DNA of 63,927 nucleotides, filler included, from Folioceros fuciformis (lineage: Eukaryota), in NCBI GenBank assembly GCA_049999805.1. It is 8 parts of 8 records of this genome, joined end to end, with 100 filler letters (N's around TTAATTAATTAA, not from the genome) between each part and the next. Parts side by side here need not be neighbours in the genome. Positions count along the whole stretch, not along the records: positions 1 to 10,542 come from JBNGIO010004104.1; 7 more parts are not named here. One strand, given 5' to 3'. Numbering within the stretch: the first letter of the stretch is position 1; every line of letters begins with the position of its first letter. A program made the position numbers and the translations under genes. Positions 1-10,642 of this stretch are shown in pieces. The notes under the pieces were generated by a model. It worked only from the letters and a program-made list of their open reading frames with translations. It did no database searches and was not told the origin of the DNA.

Positions 1-249
1 TTAGGACTCAGCATAACCCAAACAGCGCGAGTTCGATTCTCGCGACGGCCTGGGACGTCGCCCAACCACGATTCCGAGCACCGGTTTTTGTTTTTGTCTC
101 CATTTCTAATAAATTTCGAAAATGTGGTACAATAGGGTATTAAAAAATGGTTTATTATGTAAGTTAGAAAAGTATGGAGATATCAGAGAGAAGGACTGGA
201 AGATGTGAAAAGGGTAGCGGGGATTGTGTGTAACGCGATGCATGGGTTC

Positions 250-3200
250 TCATGGGACTCCCGGCTTGGAGGTCCAGAATGCAGTGGGGAGTCCTGGAGC
301 AATGCATGATCGGACAAGAAGGATTGAACCCTTGCCATGTAGAAGGAACAGTGGAGTCAACAACTTCGTAGCGCTGTGGTACAGTCGCATGCTTTTCGCA
401 GCACGGACCTGGCCTGCAACGAGGTGCGGGAAGTGGGCCTCTGTTGCGGCCTGTTTATCTGGAAGGGTACAATCTTGTTGGCTTCCTATGAGGTTTGGAG
501 TTTGTGAAGTGCGTCCACTCTGCCGGATTTTGGAGCGTACCTTCTCTAACAGGCTGTGAAGTTGTTGATGCAGTGGGTGCTGGCGGTCATGTACCGTGAA
601 GCTATGGACTTCCTGCCCATGCTGAATCCAGCTCCTGCCAGGATGCTTCCAGGCACGCTCCTTCTGCCGCTGTGCCTGCACTTCCAGTGCGCAGTCCAGG
701 AGGCCGGCGTCAGCGTAAATATGTGACATGAGCACGTAGGCAGCACCGTGCTGCGGTTGCAGTTGGACTGCTGAGGCGAATGCTTGCTCTCCCAGAGCTA
801 CGTTGCCGTGCTTCCGACAGGCGCCCAGTAAGCACACCCACAGGGCCAGATCTGGCTGTACGGGCATGGTGGACAGCATGTCTTGTATCCTCTCGAAGGA
901 TCCTGATCGCCCGAAGAGGTCCACCATGCTCACGTAGTGCTCGATTTCTGGGGTAATGCCAAACTCTTGGCTCATGGAGTTGAAGTACTCTACACCTCGA
1001 GCAACTGATCCAGCGTGACTGCATGCCGAGAGGAGAGACAGAAATGTCACTCCGTCTGGCCGGACCTTTCCCTCCTGCATCTTCTCATAGCATTGAAAGG
1101 CCTCCAAGCTACGCCCGTGCTGTGCGTAAGCGGCAATCATGGCAGACCATGTCACCATGTCCTTTGTGAGCATTTTGTCGAAGACGCTGCAACAGTCTTT
1201 TAAACTTCCACACTTGGCGTACATGTCCACTAAACAGTTCCCGATGCCGACGTCGGAGTCCAGGCCCCGATCCAGAATCTGGGAGTGAAGCCCCTTTCCC
1301 TGATCTAGTGCGCCAATGCTGGCGCAAGCTTTCAAAAGGCAGGCAACTGTGACGGGATCGACTGGTTTCATGCCCTCCTGCTCCATCCTCCCGTACAGAG
1401 CGAGAGCTTCTTGTCCCAACGCATGGTTTGCATATCCAGCAATCATGACAGTCCATGTCACCACATCTTTTGAGGTCAATCCATCAAAAACTTCGCGAGC
1501 ATCTTGCAAACTACCGCATTTGGCATACATGTCCACCAGGCAGTTGCCAATAACCACATCAGCATCTAATGCTTGCCGCTGAATCTCGCGATGGAGTTCC
1601 TTGCCCTGCTGCAAAAGACCGAGGCTGGCACATGCTTTCAAAAGCGTTGCAAATGTGACGCCATCAGCCAGACTAATGCCCTCCTGCTGCATCATTTGGT
1701 GGAGTGTGAGAGCCTCCTGGCCAAGTCCGCGCTCAGCATAGCCAGATATCATGGCAGTCCATGTCACCACATCTCTTCCAGACAACCTGTCAAACACTCT
1801 GCGAGCATCCCCCAAGCTCCCACATTTAGCATACATATCAACCAAAGAGTTCCCAATAATCACATCCTTTTCGAGTCCTCTCTGCTGGATCTCAAAGTGC
1901 AGCTCCTTGCCCTGATGCAAAGCACCGACACAGCCGCAGGCTTTCAGCAGGCACACATATGTAACGCGGTTGGCTGAAGAAATACCCTCCTGTTGCATAC
2001 TCTCATACAGCATCAGAGACTCTTGACCAAGCCCTTGCTGCGCATAAGCAGCGATCATGGCAGTCCATGCCACCACGTCCCTGTTGGGCAGTCTGTCAAA
2101 CACTGCTCGTGCATCCTCTAAGCTGCCACATTTGGAATACATGTCCACTAAGCTGCTGCCAACGACCAATTCACCCTCCAACCCTTGGCTCTGAATCTGA
2201 CAGTGGATCTGCTTTCCCTCATGTAACGCTCCCATACTGCCACATGCTTTCAAAAGGCAGGCAAACGTAATCTGGTCTGCTGGAGTGATGCGCTCTAGCT
2301 GCATGCTTGCGTAAAGCCTGAGTGATTCCTGACCCAACCCACTTTGAGCATAACCTGCAATAAGAGACGTCCATGCTACCACATCTTTTCTACGAAGTTT
2401 GTCAAATACCTGACGGGCATACTCTAAGTTCCCACATTTTGCATACATGTCAACGAGACTGTTTCCGAGAACCCCATCAGCTTCCAGACCTCGTTCCTGC
2501 ATCTGGTAATGAAGCTCTATCCCCTCACGCATAGCTCCAGCAGTAGCACAGGCCTTCAGGAGGCAGGCATATGTAACATCATCGGCTGGAGTGATGCCTT
2601 CCTGTTGCATCCTCTGATACACAGAAAGGGCTTCCTCACCAAGCCCGTGCTCAGCATATCCAGCCATCATGGCAGTCCATGTCACCACGTCTTTCGCGGG
2701 CAGACCATCAAACACGCTACAAGCATTTTCTAAGCTACCACATTTGGTATACATGTCCACCAGGCTGCTGCCCACAAACACATTGACCTCTCCTATGCCA
2801 TTCAGAATATCAGCATGGACCTGCTTGCCTGATGCCAGATCTCCTATGCTGGCACATGCTCTAAGAACTGCCACAAACACATAATTGTCAGGCTTGACTT
2901 TGGAATCCCGCATCTGTTCATACAGTTTGATAGCCTGCTCAGAATTTGACAGTTCAAAATGGGCCAGAATAACAGACAACCACACGAAAGCGTTTGGTGC
3001 CTGCAAGTTGGTGAAGACATGCATTGCTTCGTCTAATCTCCCATGAGATGCATACATCCGGATAAGATGATTGGCCAAGAATGTGTTTGATTCATAGCCA
3101 CTTCCAAAAATGAGAGAGTGAAGACGCATGCCAAGATCGAGATCCCGCTGTTGCATGGACCTTTTCAGCACAAGGTAGAACACAGATGCTGAAACATAGT

Positions 3201-3285
3201 ATCCAAGCTCCACGAGAGGGACCAGAGCTTCAACGGCTTCAGTGAGCTGTCCCTCCTCCTCCATTTTGACCCACGTTGCACCCAA
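250..3285 (-). CDS. PLS-class PPR protein (E1-E2-PG box, degenerate DYW tail); organellar RNA-editing specificity factor-like
   Basis: 1011-aa ORF with repeated P-L-S triplets (DVVTWTAMIAGYA / VTYACLLKAC / GNSLVDMYAKCG), then P2-L2-S2, E motifs (WVCLLGACRKHG; AAYVLMSHIY) and PG box HPGRSWI. True 5' end unresolved: the frame is open up to 3420, the first ATG is at about 3264, and an upstream exon is likely. Confidence 0.93.
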   Translation of the reverse strand: MGATWVKMEEEGQLTEAVEALVPLVELGYYVSASVFYLVLKRSMQQRDLDLGMRLHSLIFGSGYESNTFLANHLIRMYASHGRLDEAMHVFTNLQAPNAFVWLSVILAHFELSNSEQAIKLYEQMRDSKVKPDNYVFVAVLRACASIGDLASGKQVHADILNGIGEVNVFVGSSLVDMYTKCGSLENACSVFDGLPAKDVVTWTAMMAGYAEHGLGEEALSVYQRMQQEGITPADDVTYACLLKACATAGAMREGIELHYQMQERGLEADGVLGNSLVDMYAKCGNLEYARQVFDKLRRKDVVAWTSLIAGYAQSGLGQESLRLYASMQLERITPADQITFACLLKACGSMGALHEGKQIHCQIQSQGLEGELVVGSSLVDMYSKCGSLEDARAVFDRLPNRDVVAWTAMIAAYAQQGLGQESLMLYESMQQEGISSANRVTYVCLLKACGCVGALHQGKELHFEIQQRGLEKDVIIGNSLVDMYAKCGSLGDARRVFDRLSGRDVVTWTAMISGYAERGLGQEALTLHQMMQQEGISLADGVTFATLLKACASLGLLQQGKELHREIQRQALDADVVIGNCLVDMYAKCGSLQDAREVFDGLTSKDVVTWTVMIAGYANHALGQEALALYGRMEQEGMKPVDPVTVACLLKACASIGALDQGKGLHSQILDRGLDSDVGIGNCLVDMYAKCGSLKDCCSVFDKMLTKDMVTWSAMIAAYAQHGRSLEAFQCYEKMQEGKVRPDGVTFLSLLSACSHAGSVARGVEYFNSMSQEFGITPEIEHYVSMVDLFGRSGSFERIQDMLSTMPVQPDLALWVCLLGACRKHGNVALGEQAFASAVQLQPQHGAAYVLMSHIYADAGLLDCALEVQAQRQKERAWKHPGRSWIQHGQEVHSFTVHDRQHPLHQQLHSLLEKVRSKIRQSGRTSQTPNLIGSQQDCTLPDKQAATEAHFPHLVAGQVRAAKSMRLYHSATKLLTPLFLLHGKGSILLVRSCIAPGLPTAFWTSKPGVP

Positions 3286-3624
3286 AGGTTGTGCTTCATG
3301 GAAATCTGACCCTGCAAGACTGGTGGGCTGCTGAACAAGGGACCTGTCTACTGAGCTTTGAGGTTCGACACAATTCGACTTACAAAGCCAGTCACAGCCG
3401 GCTCCAGCCTCAAATCCACGCTACAGCAACGCTGGAGCAGATGACCTTGTTGCTGCTCCCGGTACCGCTTAGCCAAGCTGATAAACAGTTTGAATTTCTT
3501 CCAAGGACACACACAGAAAACAACATGGTGGCTCTCGGCACCGATCAACCCCGGGACTGCATGGGCCGCATTTCTTCGGGCGCAACACACAAGGAGTTGG
3601 GCGCTAACCGGACGCACCATTTCT

Positions 3625-6229
3625 ATGCCCCCGCTTCAATCTGGCATGCAAGTAGGGTGGAAGCAATCGCGACTGGCAGGAAGACTTGGGGTTCTTCTAC
3701 AGAAATCAACATGCTTCTCCAGGTGCGGGAGAAGACAGCTGTTCGGCCCCACGATGTCTAGCACAGCCTATGCTTCTGTTCTGACCGTCGGCTCAAACTT
3801 GCAGGGTGTCCGAGGAAGGAGCAGATTTCGAGGGTGGACCCTGGATCGAATTTTGTGAGAATGGATTGCTCCGCGATGCAGTCGAAGCGCTGGGTGTGGT
3901 CGTGGAGCACGGGAAAGGAAAACCACACCTATCTCGTTCTCTAGTACAATGTGTGCTTAGAAGGTGCGTTCAACAGAGGGATCTGGTGCTTGGGAAGCGA
4001 GTGCACCATCTCGCTATTAAAACTGGCTTCGAGTCAGACACATTGCTGGCAACCCAGTTCATCCAGATGTATGCTGGCCATGGAAGGCTGCAGGAAGCAA
4101 CAAAGGCGTTCACTGACGTTCCTGTGCCGGACATTTTCATGTGGGAGTCAATAATTTTGGTACATGTAAGGCGTGAACAGCATAGGCATGCCATAACTTT
4201 ATACAAACGGATGCGAAATTCGCCCTTGAAGCCGAACAGTTATATTTTTGTGGCAGTTCTTAAAGCTTGTGCCTCAACAGCAGATTTGGCAGCAGGAAAA
4301 GAGATCCATGTTGATATTCTCCACACCTTCAGCAAGATAAATGGAATTATGGGCACCTGCTTGGTGGAGATGTATGCAAAGTGTGGTAGGCTGGACGATG
4401 CTCGCAGAGTGTTTGACACTCTGGCTGCAAAGGATGTGATTTTGTGGACTGCCATGATCTCGGCATATGCACAGCGTGGGCTCGGTCAAGAAGCCCTAGA
4501 CTTGTATGCGAGTATGGTACAACAGGACAAGGCCCGAGCTGATCATTTCACATATGCTTGTCTTTTAAAAGCATGCGCTAGCATAGGGGCTTTACATGAG
4601 GGCAAGGTACTTCATGGTCAGATACGCAACGGAGGTCTGCAGGATGATATGATCATCGGTGCCTGCCTTGTGGACATGTATGCCAAGTGTGGGAGCCTAG
4701 AGGATGCCCGTAAAGTGTTTGAAAGCTTGTCCAAGAAGGACGTTGTCACATGGACTGCTATGATCACAGGATATGCTCAATGCGGACTCGGCAAAGAGTC
4801 TTTGTCTCTTTATGCCAGGATGCAGCAGGAGGGGTTAAGTCCAGTCAATCATGTTACATTTGTGTCTCTCCTAAACGCGTGTGCTAGCGCTGGAGCTTTC
4901 CATGACGGCAAGAAGCTTCATTCCCAAATACAGAAAAGGGGTTTGGAAACTGATACAGTTATTGGCAACTGTCTGGTGGACATGTACGCAAAATGTGGCT
5001 GCCTTGAGGATGCCCGCAAGGTTTTTGACAGTTTGCCCAATAAAGATATAGTGACATGGAACACAATGCTTGCAGGCTACAGCCAGAAAGGGCTTGGTCA
5101 AGAATCCCTTGATCTCTATGCCATAATGCCAGCAAACGAGAGACTGTCAGCTGATTCTGTTACATATGTGTGCCTCTTGAAAGCGTGTGCTGATCTTGGA
5201 GCTTTACATATGGGGAGGCATCTTCATTTCCACATCCAGGAAGGAGGTTTGGCATCGCAGGTAGCTGTAGGCAGCAGCCTGGTGGACATGTACGCTAAAT
5301 GCGGTGAGTTAGTAGATGCTCACAGATTGTTTGACAGGCTACCCATGAAAGATGTGGTGACATGGACAGCATTGATTGCTGGATATGTGGAACATGGGCG
5401 TGGCGAGGAAGCCCTTACCCTCTATTCCAGGATGCAACAGGTTGGAATTATGCCAGCTGATCATGTCACATTTTCCTTCCTTTTGAAAGCCTGTGCTGCT
5501 GTTGGGGCTGTCGACCGGGGGAAGCAGCTTCATGTCCAGGTTCAGTGCCGAGGTCTGGAAGGTGACGTGGCTGGGCCCCTGGTGAACATGTATGCAAAAT
5601 GCGGCCACCTAGAAGATGCATGCCAAGTGTTTACCAAACTGCATGGACGAGATGTGGTGACATGGAATGCCATGATCTCTGGGTTTGGACAGCATGGGTT
5701 GGTTGATGCAGCTGTGGTATGTTACGAGAAAATGCGGGTGGCGGGAATCCGCCCTGATGAAATCACCTTTCTTGCACTCATATCTGCGTGTAGTCATGCT
5801 GGACTGGTTGACAGGGGCATTCAATACTTCGAATCCATGAGCATCGATTATGGCCTAACTCCAGATATTGAGCATTATGTTACTTTGCTGGATCTGCTTG
5901 GACGTGCAGGATGCATGGTCAAGGCCGCAGAGTTGTTATCAACAATTCCCATGCAGCCTAATCTGGCTGTGTGGTTGTGTTTGCTGGGTGCCTGCCGGAA
6001 ACATGGAAATGTAGGGTTGGGAGAAGAGGCATTTCGTCGTGCAGTTAGTCTGGAGCCCAAGCATCCTGCTGCATATGTATTGATGGCACACATATACTCT
6101 GATGCCGGCCTCTTGGACGAGGCATTGAGGATGCAAGGGTTGAGAGAGAGACAAGGCGCATGGAAGAATCCTGGGCGAACATGGATTGAGCTTGGGCACG
6201 AGATACACACATTTGTCGTGGGTGAGTGA
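3625..6229 (+). CDS. PLS-class PPR protein ending just after the PG box (no DYW); predicted exons 3625-3722 and 3805-6229
   Basis: 807-aa ORF with PLS triplets, E1/E2 and WKNPGRTWIE...HTFVVGE*. Donor AG|GTGCGG at 3723, branch-like CTGAC at 3781 and acceptor TTGCAG at 3804 join an Arg/Ser/Leu-rich leader (MPPLQSGMQVGWKQSRLAGRLGVLLQKSTCFSR) in frame. PPR call is strong; exon 1 is a prediction. Confidence 0.92.
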
Positions 6230-6499
6230 CAACGGTTGCTGGTGACGGTTGTCGCCGAATTGCAGCTCCTCTGGGCCTGCCGTGGATAAGCTGGCTGTAT
6301 GGAAGGTCTCTGCTGAACACAGCAGAAAAATGTTATCTGCGAGCCCCAAAGCTGAAATTGGTTACCGGGCTGATTACAGTAGCAGGAGTTGGAACTTTTG
6401 GAAACGCGAGATACGTCACTGCGAGTTTAGCGAACGGCGTCTTTTTGCATCCGCCCCGCCTTCGGTGAACTAGCTTGAAATACCTTTCTGGCGATCTAC

Positions 6500-7624
6500 T
6501 CTCATTCATCCTCTTCAGTAGAAATTGTTGGAAGCCAACATCATGACGCTCACTACACTTCTAGCGTCCTGTACCGTTTTGCACCCGAATTGTGTCCCAG
6601 GTATCACCGGGGAGTAGATCCATGAGCTCCTGCGTAAACGCATGAACCCTACAAGAATCTTGAGAGGAAAAGAGGAAAGCTTCCCAACCTCTACAATCAC
6701 GTAGGAAGTTTCGTTGTCCGAGTCTTGCATGGAATCATATCAGGGAACGCGTAGCCGGAAGAGGTCCAACCAATAGTCTACGCTGATGAGGTGGTTGCCA
6801 GAAGTACGGGAAAGACGAAATCTTCATGTGAAAGCTTTACGATACCGTGCTACGGTAGCAGCGAAACTTCGCTACATTCCTTCAGACATCAGCATGGGGC
6901 AAGTCGCAAGCTACAACTCATGCACCTGGACAAGCAGCTGACAAACAGTTGCGGCCTTCGGCGGGGTATCAGTTGGCTGATGGCAAGCGGGATGAGATGG
7001 CAGCAATTCTGCGGAAAGCGAGCCTCAGTGTGAGCTCAACGATGCGGGATTCCATTAAAGTGAAGATAGATCACTCTCCTGTTGTGCGTTTAGTGGTACA
7101 TAGGATGCCGGGATGTTGACAGGTAGCCTTCCGTGGCACTGCAGCGAGCGTCGGGGGCGGCAATGCTTTGAAGGGAGTGACGTCGTACCTGCTGGAGCTG
7201 TTGGGGGAGACGTGGACCTACTGTTTGTTCTTTAGGCTGGCAGCATCTATGGAACGCCGAGTGGAGACGATGCAGGATGTAGAGCGGCGGGTCGATCCTG
7301 TAGGGCTAACACAGGACTGTGTTGTTTTTTGTTCCACTTGCTGTCTTGTTGGATTTCTGTAGGCGGATGCGTCTTCTCCAATAGGGCAGGCATACATATC
7401 CTATCGAGATTTCCTGCAGGACAGATCCTGTTGATTCAACTAGACAGATTCTTGAGGGCTAACCGGACGGGGCCTACACGTTTCACAGGGCAGATTTTTT
7501 GAGCCTGCAAGACAGATGTTCTTAGTCCCATGTCGGGGAGCCACGGGAAGTTAGAACCAAGGAGGTTCGCGCTCCTGGCTCCCGGCCATCACTAACCTCT
7601 TTCACGACATCCCAAGAAGAGATT
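6500..7624 (-). mobile_element. Possible degenerate LTR-retrotransposon gag/protease remnant
   Basis: Broken short ORFs with protease-like composition (IVEVGKLSSFPLKILVG). No diagnostic motif intact. Confidence 0.25.
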
Positions 7625-7914
7625 NNNNNNNNNNNNNNNNNNNNNNNNNNNNNNNNNNNNNNNNNNNNNNNNNNNNNNNNNNNNNNNNNNNNNNNNNNNN
7701 NNNNNNNNNNNNNNNNNNNNNNNNCTCCTCCTCAATTCAGCCATACTGACTGTATCTCGGTTTGGGACTTCGATGATCCCAAAGAAAATAGGAATTCAGC
7801 TTGAGGTAAAGGAAAACAATTTTTCATAAATAATAATTAGGACCTTTTCAAAGAAACATTATCTTCCTATATCAGATTTTTTTTGTTGTTGTTAAAAGAA
7901 CGGTTTGCCGGTAG

Positions 7915-8285
7915 CATTAGGGCATTGATTTCTAGGAAGGGCGGTTAGTTTGTGATTAGTACATTGGTCTTTGGGAAGCGCAATTTATTTCGTCAAGCGC
8001 AAAAATGGTGGTATGTGATTAAGACATTGCTTTCCAGGAAGGGCGTTCTGTTCTGTGATTAGGACATTGGACTTTGAGAAGGGCGGTCTAATCCATAATT
8101 AGAACATCGGTCTACGAAAAGGGCAATCTAATCCATGATCAGGACATTGGTCTTTGGGAAGGGCGGTTTGTTCCGTGATTAGGACATTGGTCTGCGGGAA
8201 GTGTGGTCTGTTCTTTGATTAGGACATTGGTCTTTGGGAAGGGCGGTCTATTCCGTGATTAGGACATTAGTCTATGAGAAGAGGC
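7915..8285. repeat. 40-bp tandem repeat (GATTAGGACATTGGTCTTTGGGAAGGGCGGTTTGTTCCGT), about 7 good copies plus degenerate ones
   Basis: Unit starts recur at 8137, 8177, 8217 and 8257. Confidence 0.9.
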
Positions 8286-8329
8286 GCCATAGCCACTTGC
8301 CCACCTCCCTCCAAACTACCTATGTGTAC

Positions 8330-8815
8330 TCACACCAAAAGAACATGTGCTAAACCCCTTACCAATAGAGCAACTGCTGACTACCTCCTTGTATTGGCAC
8401 CAAAAGAACAATGCTAACTACCTCCTTGTACTTGCACCAAAAGAACAAATGTTGACTACCTCTGTGTACTAGCACCAAAAGAACAAGTGCTGACTACCTG
8501 CGCGTACTCATACCAAAAGGACAAGTGCTGACCACTTGCCAAAAGAACAAGTGTTAGCTACTTGCATATACTCGCACCAACATAACAAGTGCTGACCACA
8601 TACCAAAAGAACAAGTGCTGACAACTTACCAAGAGAATGAGTCCTAACTACCTACGCGTACTCGCACAAAAAGAATAGATGTTGACCACTTGCCAAAAAA
8701 ACAAGTCCTAACTACCTACGCATACTCGCACAAGAAGAATAGATGTTGACCACTTGCTAAAAGAACAAGTGCTAACTATATGCGCATACTCGTTCCAAAG
8801 GAACGGGTGCTGACT
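8330..8815. repeat. Tandem repeat with core CCAAAAGAACAAGTGCT(G/A)AC, in long (~38 bp) and short (~24 bp) variants
   Basis: Core recurs more than 10 times, followed by either ...TACCTGCGCGTACTCGCA or ...CACTTG. Confidence 0.85.
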
Positions 8816-8999
8816 TTTGTTGGCTGTGCCCAGAGGGCACGACACGTTCAGTAGAATTTCTTCGGTGCCCTAACCAGCAATAAGTCCCAGTTGTTGGCCG
8901 TTGGCAAACAAGCCTTAGGGGGGACACCCACTGCTAACCATAAGAGGTTGACCGCAACTCACTACCATCACATTGAAAGTCTTAGCTTGGGAACCATTG

Positions 9000-9586
9000 G
9001 TTTGCATTGGATATTCTGTTGTGACCAAACCAAACAATGGTAAACTTCTACCGTGTGATAACTGAAGAAGGACCTAGCGCGGCCTTGTTGGCTACTCGAA
9101 GATTTTGGCCACTCCAAAAGATTTGGTGCATGGTGAGATGGCAATTCTTTCCAAGGCATAACCGACATCGATTCATGGGATAGATTATGGGATTGAGACT
9201 CGTGGGATGTTCTTCCTTCACTTGTCACTGCCTAGCTTGTATGATACAGAACAACATTGTAATGGCCTTACCTCCCTTCGAGAGGCCATCCCCTCCTCAC
9301 GGGCTTGGCCGTCCAACACGCCACGAATAGCTTGCTTGTATCAACCACTAGGCCAAGGAATCATTCAGCCTTTTAGGACTCAATATTGAAAATAAGTATA
9401 GATGTATATCAGGCACTTGTTACGTTGGCAAAAGCTTGGAGGATTTATGTTAGTCCACACACCATAAGTAATGGTTGGAGGCAAAGTACCTTAAATGCAA
9501 TAGAGCGAGCAGAAGATAGGACTCAATTACATGAAAGTATAAAGTTGAATGCCCAACCAACATATGACGATGATGACCTTAACTAG
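9000..9586 (+). mobile_element. pogo/Tc1-mariner (DDE_1) transposase remnant
   Basis: Frameshifted fragments PSNT...YQPLGQGIIQPFRTQY and IDVYQALVTLAKAW...VSPHTISNGW match the DDE_1 motifs PNTT..LQPLDQGII..FK..Y and A...AW..V...TI.NCW. Confidence 0.7.
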
Positions 9587-10542
9587 GATGATTTATTTCA
9601 TACCAATTCATTGGATACCCAAATATTGAACCTACAACAAGGTTTATGTAGGTTAACATTGTTAACTTCTAGCAACAACATGATATCAACAAATGTTGGA
9701 TATTCCACCATAACTATGGAAACAGAAGTGAACATTGAGTAGGGTCAAAATGTGGAGACAACATTTGTTCTCACAAAAGCTAAAATATGAGCTTTACTAT
9801 TGCCTCATAGTGGTGAGAAGAGCTTGCCGAAAATATTGAAGATGAAGTAATAACCATAGAAGATGCATGTGAAGATGAGATTTTTCTCCTGAATAATTTA
9901 TTTATTTTTAATTCTAAAAAACATACTCTTTAAAATGGTCCTAGTTATCATTTTAAGTAAAATAAGGCTTTCGTTTATGTTCTTCAACAATGTGGAGGCC
10001 TTTTAGTTCTCGGATTCCTCTATCCGGGAGTCTGTGTGGTGACAAGGTTGGAAGATAACTTTATTTCAAGAAATGGCAATCTACTGTCCACTGTACTGTG
10101 TGGTGCGGGTGCAGGGAGCTGTGGTAGCCTGCCTGATGCCGACTGCTTTCTCTGGTCCAGGATGGCAGTCGGCCGGACTGCCTACTGCATAAACACACAA
10201 CCGAGAAGCAAGTTTTGCAATTCAAGCCGGCAGGGCCCGTGCGTCCAGTGCAGCTTTCAAGCTAGCATATGGCTTGATTCGTGTGTGTGAGGACCGCGTT
10301 CCCCTTATGTTTGACTGGCGCGTTCGATTTGTTGGACGATGCTTCCACGATGCTGCGACGGTTGGGGATGCACAAACAGTGGACGACAGTCCGTCTGCAA
10401 TCTTGCGGCAGTTGCAAGTGGGTGAGCTGGGTTGGGTTGGGTGGTGCGGCCTCTCGACTGAGCTCTCGTGGGCTTAGTATGTGAGGAACTGGGGCCATGG
10501 CGGATGCAGGAAACAGGCCGCGTCCTGTTGCGGAGGGGGGTG

Positions 10543-10642
10543 NNNNNNNNNNNNNNNNNNNNNNNNNNNNNNNNNNNNNNNNNNNNTTAATTAATTAANN
10601 NNNNNNNNNNNNNNNNNNNNNNNNNNNNNNNNNNNNNNNNNN
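10543..10642. other. Artificial scaffold spacer (N-TTAATTAATTAA-N); same spacer at 27200-27299, 32800-32899, 37339-37438, 41310-41409, 50123-50222 and 57601-57700
   Basis: Identical 100-nt blocks containing a stop-in-all-frames linker. Confidence 0.97.

Noticed and set aside
224-6473. Numerous short ORFs overlapping or antisense to the PPR genes (also 43158-46521)
   Set aside because: Shadow frames of GC-balanced repetitive coding sequence with no independent motifs.
7915-8815. CRISPR-like appearance of regularly spaced repeats (also at 28200-28595 and 37048-37220)
   Set aside because: The units are contiguous tandem copies without unique spacers, there are no cas genes, and the context is eukaryotic.
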